Assembly (NCBI GenBank): GCA_031372065.1
Contig: JANMKN010000332.1
Coordinates: 1 to 12,896, forward strand
Length of the DNA stretch: 12,896 nucleotides
Direction: 5' to 3'
Source: Abditibacteriaceae bacterium
GTDB lineage: Bacteria > Armatimonadota > Abditibacteriia > Abditibacteriales > Abditibacteriaceae
Positions within the stretch are counted from its first letter, which is position 1. Every line of letters starts with the position of its first letter. Positions 1 to 7,194 of this stretch are shown piece after piece. The notes beneath the pieces are model-generated. The model saw only the letters and a list, made by a program, of their open reading frames with translations. It ran no database searches and was not told where the DNA came from. The translations under genes and the position numbers were made by a program.

Positions 1-80
1 CCCCGCGCGCCCACACCGGCCCCGCCAATTCGTACTTTTGTTGTTGGGCCTACCTTTTTGTCCGCCAAATTCTGTGATGC

Positions 81-105
81 GGGCGAACAAAAGGTTCGCC
101 CCTAC
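81..105 (-). repeat. GTAG-family REP-like palindrome (may also act as a 3' stem-loop for the helicase mRNA)
   Basis: Minus strand reads GTAG-GGGCGAAC-CTTTT-GTTCGCCC: a GTAG tetranucleotide followed by a perfect 8-bp inverted repeat (81-88 / 94-101). It starts 2 nt after the helicase stop. A degenerate copy in the opposite orientation lies at 43-66. Confidence 0.65.
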
Positions 106-107
106 GG

Positions 108-1850
108 TTACTCTGTTTTGCTTCTCGTGGCAAAAACTAAAACTTGTTTGGGGGCTTCTTCTTTGGGTTTGGGCGAGGCTTTTTTCGGCACGACAGGGCG
201 GCCTACGTTGTAGGTTTCTTCGAGCCAAGCCACCACTTTTGTCAGTTGCGAGAGCGGCATTTGGCCGCGCGGTAGCGAAAATTGGCGCGTGATGGCTTTG
301 TTGGTTTCGCCCCACTTGCCGCCGAATTGATAGCGGTCTAAATCTTTGCAATAGTCGTCAATTTTGCGGCGCAGATTGGCTTCCATCTGGCTTGGCGTTT
401 GGTCGGGCAAATGTTGCGGCGCGACAGTCGGCAACGTTAATTGCGCCGACGCGGCAGGTTTGGCGTCTTCCATTGCCCATTCTTCACCGGCCCACGCGAA
501 CAAATTGCCGACTTGGCTCCAACGGCGCTGCTCGGCCTGACTGCCCACTGGCGTGATATTATTGCGCGGCGCCGCTTCGCCGACGGCTTGAATGCCCAAA
601 TCATCGCGCGCCGCGCCGCGCACGGCGGTGACTTGTTCGCTTTCCATCGCCTGAATAATCGTCACCATATTGCGATCATCCGGCACATAAACGAAGGCCA
701 TCTGGTTTTCCCACGGCCCCGACGCGGCGTCGTAACGCGTGGCGCGAGCGAGCATTTGTTCAATCCACGGGCGTGAGCGAATGTGCGTTAAACACGCGAT
801 GTGCGTAATCGGCGGCACGTCCAAACCTTCGTAAGCCATCGCGACGGTCACAAGCGCATCCATCGCTTTGGCGGTGCCGCATTGCTTGTATTTTTCAATG
901 TTGGCAGCCGCTTTGGACGAATCGTCGCTGGTGGCAATGGCCGCCGAAATGCCTTGGCGCTGCAAGTGTTCAAGGTATTTGCGCGCTTCTTCGATATTGG
1001 CCGTCACGACCAGCAGTTTTGAGCGCGGATGCGTTTTTTTGTGGCCTGCCCAATGCGCTGCGCATTCGTCGAGAAGCTGTTCGGCAAACTGTGTTTTGAG
1101 CGCGGTATAAACGGCTTCGTTGGTGTTTTTGTAGGCTTCGGAGATGCGCAAATTATAAGTTTCGCCATCCAGCCCAATCCATTCCGAGGAGCCATCCATC
1201 AGTTCAAAATGAATCGGCAAAATGGCGCGCTCCATCAGCGCGTCGCGCCGCGAATAAGCGAGGCCCGCCGTGTCGCCGCCGCCATATAAATCCACCACTT
1301 CGCCGTCTTTGGTCGCCACATAAGGCAAAAACGCGATGTTTTTGCGATTGCCTCGCTCTAAGGTGCCTGACATGAAAATTGTCAGCGCGGCGCGTTTGAC
1401 GAGCGGCTCCAACGCCGCCGCCCATGTGCCGCCTTCTTCGACATGATGCGGCTCGTCCAGCACCAAAATGTAGCGATGCTGGCGGAACTCGTCCACCATA
1501 TGATTGTTGGCGAGGCCGATGGCCTGATAAGTGGTAACGAAACCGGAAAGCCCGCGCGCCGGGTCAAGTTCGTTGGCGCTGCGACGAATAACGTGGTTAT
1601 GACCGAGCAATTCGCGCCCGCGCGCGGCGACAAATTCTTGTTCGGCCTGCAATTGCAAAGCGCGGCGCGGCACCACCCAGCAAAGGCGATCCGCGATGGT
1701 GGGAATGAGTTCTGCGGCGGCGATCAGCGGCAAAAGACTTTTGCCACCGCCCGGCGTGGTCGCACACACGATGCGCTTGATGCCGGATAATTCACCGCCG
1801 CGAATCTGGCGGCAGACCTGAAAAAATTGCTCTTGATGCTTGCGAAACAT
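108..1850 (-). CDS. Superfamily 2 DEAD/DEAH-box (ResIII-like) helicase, 580 aa
   Basis: Q-motif-like FRKHQ, Walker A TPGGGKS, motif Ia VVPRRAL, TTYQ, Walker B LDEPHH, motif III SGT, motif V EGLDVP, motif VI QMLARATR. No upstream in-frame start before the TGA at 1887-1889. Confidence 0.9.
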   Translation of the reverse strand: MFRKHQEQFFQVCRQIRGGELSGIKRIVCATTPGGGKSLLPLIAAAELIPTIADRLCWVVPRRALQLQAEQEFVAARGRELLGHNHVIRRSANELDPARGLSGFVTTYQAIGLANNHMVDEFRQHRYILVLDEPHHVEEGGTWAAALEPLVKRAALTIFMSGTLERGNRKNIAFLPYVATKDGEVVDLYGGGDTAGLAYSRRDALMERAILPIHFELMDGSSEWIGLDGETYNLRISEAYKNTNEAVYTALKTQFAEQLLDECAAHWAGHKKTHPRSKLLVVTANIEEARKYLEHLQRQGISAAIATSDDSSKAAANIEKYKQCGTAKAMDALVTVAMAYEGLDVPPITHIACLTHIRSRPWIEQMLARATRYDAASGPWENQMAFVYVPDDRNMVTIIQAMESEQVTAVRGAARDDLGIQAVGEAAPRNNITPVGSQAEQRRWSQVGNLFAWAGEEWAMEDAKPAASAQLTLPTVAPQHLPDQTPSQMEANLRRKIDDYCKDLDRYQFGGKWGETNKAITRQFSLPRGQMPLSQLTKVVAWLEETYNVGRPVVPKKASPKPKEEAPKQVLVFATRSKTE

Positions 1851-1932
1851 GGCGGCGACGGGGAGGTTCGATGGTTCAACTACGTTTCAACGTCGCGCAC
1901 AGTCTGACACGCCGCCGCTGCAAATTCCAGAC

Positions 1933-1962
1933 TTGACAAAGCACGCCCATTTCGCTTATGAA
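1933..1962 (+). promoter_or_regulatory. Possible sigma70-type promoter in the divergent intergenic region
   Basis: Perfect TTGACA at 1933-1938, with an imperfect -10 (TATGAA, 1957-1962) 18 nt later. It points toward the gene at 2133. Confidence 0.25.
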
Positions 1963-2132
1963 AGGCTGTTCGACTTGGCTGGGAACATCGAGTTTTGGCT
2001 TGTTGTCCAACGGACGCGCACCGCGACGCTGCGTATAAAGTCAAATTCTTACACTTTGCGCGTTGGGGCAACCTACGAACAGAAGTCACTTGTCGCGCGG
2101 CGCGTTGCTCGCAATTGCAGAATAATAAAATC

Positions 2133-3377
2133 ATGCCCAACGATTCCAATCTCATCATTTGTCCGCGTTGCGGCGATGCCAATGCGCCAAAGGCGTTGGT
2201 GTGCAGCATTTGCGGCACGCGTTTGCCGGAAAGAAACGAGGCTGCCCCGCCTGTGCTTGTCGCGCAAGAGGCCGAGCCAGAAAGTATTGCGGACACGGCA
2301 GAAGACGAAGTGCCCCACGAAGATACTGCACGGGAAATAGACGCGCGGCGGGCGCATCATCTTTTGGAACGCGCCTTTATTTTAGTCGGGCGCCACGAGT
2401 TTGAGGCCGCTGTTTTGGCGTGCCGTCAAGCGTTGTTGCTGTTGCCGGAATACGCTCTTGGTTCGGCTTTGCTGGGCTTGCTGCTCAAGCGGCAAGGCGA
2501 CGCGCCCGGTTCTGCTGCCGCTTACGCCAAAGCAAAAGAATTGGTGCCCGACACACTGTGGGAGACATTATCATTAGACGCGCTGCACACAGTTTTTAAG
2601 GAAAGCGAAACTCCCGTGCCCGCGCCAGAAAAGCCTGTTGTTCCGGCGCCTACGATAGCAACCGAAGTGGCTGCACCGCCAAGCGATTTACAACACGAAG
2701 CGCCCGTCGCTGTGAAAGAGGTCGCAGCAAAGCCTGTTGTGTGGCCAGAAACAGTTTCACCGGCGCGCGATAAGAGTTGGATGGCGTATGCCGCTGTCGG
2801 CACAGCGATTTTGATTGGTCTTGTCTGGTTGTATAAAAGTTTTACGCCGCCGCTGCCCACGCCGCAGGATACTACGCAGGCGGCGCGACCCATTGGCGAT
2901 CCGCTCGTGCCCGGCGGCGCTTCTCAACTGCCGCCACTGCCGCGTGGAGAAAACCAATTATCGTCGCCCAGTGGCGGCAATCAAGCACAGCCACCGCCGC
3001 CACCTGCTGGACAAAGGCCTGTTGGCAGCGGCTCTGCCGGTGGGCAGCCTGCGGCTCAAGTAGCGGCTCCGCCAGCGCATCAATTAGGGCAATCTTTCGC
3101 GGAGACTCGACCTGCGCCGACGCTCTCTGCTGCGCCTGCAACGATTAACCCCGCTGGCGAAACGGCGCGCGATGGCCAAACCACACAAACCTCATCTGCG
3201 CCTGCTACGGTTGCACTTCCGCTCACTCCCGGCGGCGGAGTGCAATCTGGTGGTAGCACGGCGGGCAGTCTTCCTCCGCCAAGGGCACCGGTGGAGGTGC
3301 CACGCTCGCAGGGCAATTCGCGGCCCGGCACGCCTCACAATAGCATCCCCGGCGCTTTTCAACCCGGCAGGCCGTAA
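2133..3377 (+). CDS. Zinc-ribbon + TPR-like single-pass membrane protein with Pro/Gly/Ala-rich C-terminal tail, 414 aa
   Basis: ATG at 2133 preferred over the track's 1995 start. CPRC-x10-CSIC zinc ribbon, helical TPR-like segment (FEAAVLACRQALLLLPEYALGSALLGLLLKRQGD...AYAKAKELVP), one hydrophobic helix (WMAYAAVGTAILIGLVWLY), low-complexity tail. Confidence 0.75.
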   Translation: MPNDSNLIICPRCGDANAPKALVCSICGTRLPERNEAAPPVLVAQEAEPESIADTAEDEVPHEDTAREIDARRAHHLLERAFILVGRHEFEAAVLACRQALLLLPEYALGSALLGLLLKRQGDAPGSAAAYAKAKELVPDTLWETLSLDALHTVFKESETPVPAPEKPVVPAPTIATEVAAPPSDLQHEAPVAVKEVAAKPVVWPETVSPARDKSWMAYAAVGTAILIGLVWLYKSFTPPLPTPQDTTQAARPIGDPLVPGGASQLPPLPRGENQLSSPSGGNQAQPPPPPAGQRPVGSGSAGGQPAAQVAAPPAHQLGQSFAETRPAPTLSAAPATINPAGETARDGQTTQTSSAPATVALPLTPGGGVQSGGSTAGSLPPPRAPVEVPRSQGNSRPGTPHNSIPGAFQPGRP

Positions 3378-3382
3378 GCGCG

Positions 3383-4579
3383 TTAAGAAGTTTGGTGACG
3401 CGGCCAACGTGTGGAAAACGTGGTGCCGTTTTCGTCGGAGGTCAGCGAAATAGCGCCGCCGTGTGCCGACAAAATTTCGCGCGTTATATAAAGGCCCAAA
3501 CCCAAACCTTGCGAATTCATCGCTTCTTCGGAGGGCAAGGCGCCGCGCTTAAAAGGATCGAAAAGCGACTCGTGTTTTGCTGGGGGAATCGGCTCGCCCC
3601 CATTGTGAATTTCAATGAAAATATCGGATTCGTTGCTGTGCAAAGTCAGGCGCACCGGCTGATCGGGCGCGCCGTATTGCAGGGCATTGGAAAGCAAATT
3701 GGAAAGGGCCTGTGCCGCGCGACTTTCATCGAAATGGGCGTGTCCATCGCCGTGCGCTTCAAAAATAATTTCGCGCGCCGCATGGCTGACACGCAATTCG
3801 TTGATGACTTGCAAGCAGACTTCGCCTAAATTATTGTGCGAGGGCGACAAACGAATGCCGCCGCCAACTTGACTGCGTGTTAAATCGAGCGTGTTTTCGA
3901 TTAAATCCGACATCCGCCGCCCGCTATCGCGAATAACGCGCGCCAACATGAGGTTTTCATCTGAAAGCGTTTCGTCGTCCCGCAAAACCGCCGCCGCCAC
4001 TGTAATGGCATTGAGCGGGCTACGCAGGTCGTGACCTAAAATGCCGATAAATTGGTCGCGGATTTTGGTCGTTTCCTGGGCGATTTCCAATGCTTTTTGC
4101 TGCTGCAAGCGGCGTTCTTCGGCTTCCATTTCAAAGGCAACCAAATTAGCTAACAACTGAAACGTTTGCAGATGATCTTCGGAAACAGGGGTTGATTGAG
4201 TGTCAAGCGCGCACAGAGTGCCAAAAAGACTTTTATCGCGGCGATAAAGCGGCACCGCAATGTAGCTTTCGACGCCAAAGACTGTGAAACCGGGATGATT
4301 TTGCCAGCGCGGATGAGTGCTGGCCTGAGAAATGACTATCGGCGCGACCGCACCGCGAACGGTATTTCAATAAGTGTTGGCAAGTTCGAGGTTTTGTCCG
4401 GCTGCAAGACCAAAACCGAGATTATCCAAGACGGCGCAGGCTGTCCACGTTTCGCTTGTGACGTGGGCTACCACAGCCAAGCGAAGACCTGTTGTTTTAC
4501 ACAACAAATCGAGAATGGTATGAACGTTTTCGAGGCGATCAAAAACAGCGAAGTCTTCAGGAATCACTAAAGGAACCAC
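3383..4579 (-). CDS. GAF-domain sensor histidine kinase with one in-frame TGA (codon 71), candidate selenoprotein, 398 aa
   Basis: Track ORFs 4367..4579 and 3383..4255 share a frame. The 111 nt between them translate without a stop as NTVRGAVAPIVISQASTHPRWQNHPGFTVFGVESYIA, completing a GAF domain (...SYIAVPL...FGTLCALD). It is followed by H-box LGHDLRSPL, N-box NLLSNALQYG, F-box LFDPFKRG and G2 GLGLGLYI. The GTG start at 4579 is uncertain (alternative GTG at 4567; no SD seen). Confidence 0.88.
4329..4369 (-). promoter_or_regulatory. Putative bacterial SECIS element directly 3' of the in-frame UGA
   Basis: mRNA: UGA-AAUACCGUUCG (11 nt)-CGGUGC-GGUC-GCGCCG-AUAGUCAUUUC. There is a 6-bp upper stem (4350-4355 / 4340-4345, one G-U pair) with a GGUC loop (4346-4349), and a lower stem GAAAU/AUUUC. 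The spacing and loop match the E. coli fdhF SECIS. Confidence 0.75.
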
Positions 4580-4618
4580 TAAAAAACGACAAACAGAAAT
4601 TGGGACGACAAACCAAGT

Positions 4619-5989
4619 TTAGCAGGGCGGAGCAGCGCGACCTTCCAACGATGCCACAATATCGCTGAGAACTTTAACGACTTCGGTGTCGAAATGTGTG
4701 CCCGCGCCGCGATGCAGTTCGCCAAAGGCGTATTCAACAGACATGGCGTCGCGGTAAGGGCGCTTAGAAGTTAAGGCGTCATAGGCATCTACGGCGCCAA
4801 TAATGCGTGCTTGGAGGGAAATTTCGTCGCCCGCTTGCCCGGCAGGATAACCAGAGCCATCAATGCGCTCGTGATGGTGCAAAACAATCGGCGCGATATG
4901 TCGCAACGAGGGCACACGTTTGACTAAATCGCTGCCAATTTCGGAATGCTTTTGAATAATAGCGAACTCTTCGGGCAAAAGATGACCCGGCTTGAGCAAA
5001 ATGCCGTCGGGAATGCCGATTTTGCCGACATCGTGCAGCAAAGCGGCGTATTGCATTTCTTCAAGAGCCTTGCCTTGCAATCCAAAGCGCTTTGAAACGG
5101 CAACGGCCAAGTTAGAAACGTTTTCGCAATGCCCGCGCGTATAAGGGTCTTTGGCTTCGATAGCATCGGCCAAAGCCGCGACAGTGGAGCGAAATGAATC
5201 GCCCAAAGCACAATGCAAACGCTGGTTTTCGATGGCTAATCCGCCATGTCGCCCGATAGAAAGTAAGAGTTCCATGTCGTCGTCCGTGTAGTTGCCTTCT
5301 CGTTTGTTGGCAACTAATAAGATTCCTGTTAAAGTGCCACGAACGACGACAGGGGCACAAGCGATGTTCACTAAAGCTGTGCCAGCAGGCAACGCATTGG
5401 CGTCATTTATTTCGATGGAGTCTTCTTCACGGGCGGCGCGGCGGGTGAATTCAAAAATGCCGTTTTGCACGACTTCGGGCAGGTCGTCCAAACCAATAGA
5501 AGCAATAATACCATCGCCGTCCGCTTGGGTGAACAGGCCGAATTCCGAAGCGGTGAGGTTCATGCCGATGCGCGTGATAAGCGTCGGCAAATCCTCGGCG
5601 CGCAGGTCGCTGTAAACCTCTAAAAGTTCATGGCGCAAATCATGGTTTTTCTTGTTTTGCTGGGAGAGTTGTTGCGTCAGAGCCGCAAGTGCATCTAAAT
5701 GGCGCCCGCATTCGTGCCGGAGTTTTTCGCTTTCGCGCAAGGCCGACTGGCATTGATTGTTGGCGGCATCGCGTTCGTTTTGCATGGCGTCACGCTCCAC
5801 TTGATAGCGCCCGCATTGAACGCGAGCCGAGGCTAAAGCGGCGCGACTTTGTTCCAGTTCGGCGTGCATTTTTTGCAGCGCTTCTTGCAATTGGCGCCCG
5901 TTGGTGGCCAGAGCGTGCAAGGTTTGATTGGCTTCTTGAAAACTGGCGTCGGGATTTTCGCTGGCATCCGTTGAAGAATGAAGTTCCAT
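4619..5989 (-). CDS. Coiled-coil + GAF + HD-GYP domain protein (probable cyclic-di-nucleotide phosphodiesterase), 456 aa
   Basis: N-terminal heptad-rich coiled coil; GAF-like NIACAPVVVRGTLTGILLVANK...YTDDDMELL; HD-GYP motifs AKDPYTRGH, LLHDVGKIGIPD, HHERIDGSGYP, DAYDALTSKRPYR. Confidence 0.92.
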   Translation of the reverse strand: MELHSSTDASENPDASFQEANQTLHALATNGRQLQEALQKMHAELEQSRAALASARVQCGRYQVERDAMQNERDAANNQCQSALRESEKLRHECGRHLDALAALTQQLSQQNKKNHDLRHELLEVYSDLRAEDLPTLITRIGMNLTASEFGLFTQADGDGIIASIGLDDLPEVVQNGIFEFTRRAAREEDSIEINDANALPAGTALVNIACAPVVVRGTLTGILLVANKREGNYTDDDMELLLSIGRHGGLAIENQRLHCALGDSFRSTVAALADAIEAKDPYTRGHCENVSNLAVAVSKRFGLQGKALEEMQYAALLHDVGKIGIPDGILLKPGHLLPEEFAIIQKHSEIGSDLVKRVPSLRHIAPIVLHHHERIDGSGYPAGQAGDEISLQARIIGAVDAYDALTSKRPYRDAMSVEYAFGELHRGAGTHFDTEVVKVLSDIVASLEGRAAPPC

Positions 5990-6046
5990 AATGGTTTCGC
6001 TTCACTGATTCTTAGCAGGCGCTGTGCCGAAGAGTGATGGCTTTAT

Positions 6047-6580
6047 TTAGAAATTTTGGCGTCGTTCGGGCCGCACTTCGCGCACTAAATGGCCGAGTTC
6101 GGGCGCGACCAACTTTTCCATCGCCAAACGCACCGCGTTGGGCGAGCCGGGCAGCGCAAAAACCAAAGTGCGCCCGATAACACCGGCAAAAGCGCGCGAA
6201 AGCATCGTCGCGGCGCCGATTTCCTCGTAAGACAACACGCGAAACACTTCGCCAAAACCGGGCAACTGCTTGGTGAGTAGTGGTTCAACGGCTTCGGGCG
6301 TCACATCGCGCTCGCCGATGCCGGTGCCGCCGGTGAGAATAATGGCATCCGGGTCGTCTATGCCTTCGAGCGCGGCGCGCACGGCGTCGGCGATTTTGGC
6401 TTTTTCGTCATGCACGATTTGCGCGCCGCAAATGGTGTGGCCGTGCGCTTCCAAAATCTCGCGAATCAGTGGCCCGCCGCGATCCGTTTTTTCGTGGCGC
6501 GTGTCGCTCACGGTCAGAATGAAACAACGCACGCTGTCCGGCGCCTCGGCACGGTGCTGCTCGGTGGAAAGTGATGACAT
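6047..6580 (-). CDS. moaB: MoaB/MogA family molybdenum cofactor biosynthesis protein, 177 aa
   Basis: Motifs ILTVSDTR, DRGG, TGGTGIGERDVTPEA, LPGFGEVFR, MLSRA, LPGSPNAV. Confidence 0.92.
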   Translation of the reverse strand: MSSLSTEQHRAEAPDSVRCFILTVSDTRHEKTDRGGPLIREILEAHGHTICGAQIVHDEKAKIADAVRAALEGIDDPDAIILTGGTGIGERDVTPEAVEPLLTKQLPGFGEVFRVLSYEEIGAATMLSRAFAGVIGRTLVFALPGSPNAVRLAMEKLVAPELGHLVREVRPERRQNF

Positions 6581-6586
6581 GAGGAT

Positions 6587-6796
6587 TCAATTGCCGTTGT
6601 GGCGGTTTTGACTGTTTTGCAGTTCGGCGACCTGTTGTTCCAGTTCTGTAATGCGGCGCGTCGAGTCGCTGGATCTGCTGCCGCTTGCCAATTTGACTAT
6701 GACGAACACGATGGCGCCGACAACGGCAAACATCATAAGCATCATAAATAAGAGGCCGCCGACAATTGCCAATTCATTTGTGCCAAGACCAAGCAT
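6587..6796 (-). CDS. Small single-pass membrane protein with TatA-like N-terminus and C-terminal coiled coil, 69 aa
   Basis: Strong SD (AAAAAGGAG, 5 nt before ATG), MLGLGTNELAI start, long hydrophobic helix, RITELEQQVAELQ coiled coil. Fits tightly between its neighbours. Confidence 0.75.
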   Translation of the reverse strand: MLGLGTNELAIVGGLLFMMLMMFAVVGAIVFVIVKLASGSRSSDSTRRITELEQQVAELQNSQNRHNGN

Positions 6797-6808
6797 AAAA
6801 ACTCCTTT

Positions 6809-7159
6809 TTAACGGGCTTGCCGTTCCATTGCTTCGACGGCGTCTTTGGCTTCTTTGAGGCCGCAGTTGGTGCGTTCGCGGTAGATTTTGATGGCTTCGA
6901 TTTTCTGACCGCGCCGCAGGGCATCTAAAACGTCGTCGTCGCCGGTGGCGCTGCCGCTGCTGGAACTAAACGGCGAATCAGTCGGGTTATTGAATGTGTT
7001 GGGCGTGTTTGTGCTTCCGCCGCTTTGATTGCGCTTGGTTATCACGAAGAACACCACGCCAAACATTACAATCGTGTCCACTACGAAAAACGCGATGATG
7101 AACGGCAGCCAATTGATGCCAGAGCCAGTAGTTGTAACCGTGTTTGAAATTTCCAACAC
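6809..7159 (-). CDS. Membrane-anchored protein with ribosomal L7/L12 C-terminal-like domain, 116 aa
   Basis: SD AAAAAGGAG before GTG; transmembrane segment WLPFIIAFFVVDTIVMFGVVFFVI; Ser/Thr/Asn linker; GQKIEAIKIYRERTNCGLKEAKDAVE matches the L7/L12 CTD signature. Not the canonical rplL. Confidence 0.82.
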   Translation of the reverse strand: MLEISNTVTTTGSGINWLPFIIAFFVVDTIVMFGVVFFVITKRNQSGGSTNTPNTFNNPTDSPFSSSSGSATGDDDVLDALRRGQKIEAIKIYRERTNCGLKEAKDAVEAMERQAR

Positions 7160-7194
7160 ATTTCTCCTTTTTGTTTATTGCCTGATCCACGTTT

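Noticed and set aside
1866..1987. GTTC/GAAC motifs upstream of the helicase as a LexA box
   Set aside because: The spacings (GTTC-N4-GTTC; TGTTC-N11-GAACA) do not match the LexA box geometries I know.
1840..2340. 166-aa and 138-aa ORFs and the 46-aa N-terminal extension from 1995
   Set aside because: No recognisable motifs and they overlap real genes. The zinc ribbon begins just after the ATG at 2133.
4256..4369. Reading the kinase as a frameshifted pseudogene or as two separate genes
   Set aside because: The two parts are in the same frame (111 nt apart) and the gap encodes the middle of the GAF domain. The only lesion is one TGA with a SECIS-like hairpin. A nonsense allele remains possible but is less parsimonious.
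4196..4570. 124-aa plus-strand ORF over the kinase 5' region
   Set aside because: Antisense shadow of the GAF domain. The minus-strand frame has clear family motifs and this one has none.
6575..6589. TGA stop of the 69-aa gene is in frame with moaB (TGA ATC CTC ATG), a possible second readthrough
   Set aside because: No SECIS-like hairpin follows, there is no Cys-type context, and moaB has its own ATG and is complete.
6809..7159. Calling this gene rplL, or the 69-aa gene tatA
   Set aside because: The first has a transmembrane N-terminus and is outside a ribosomal operon. The second lacks the TatA FG hinge and amphipathic helix.
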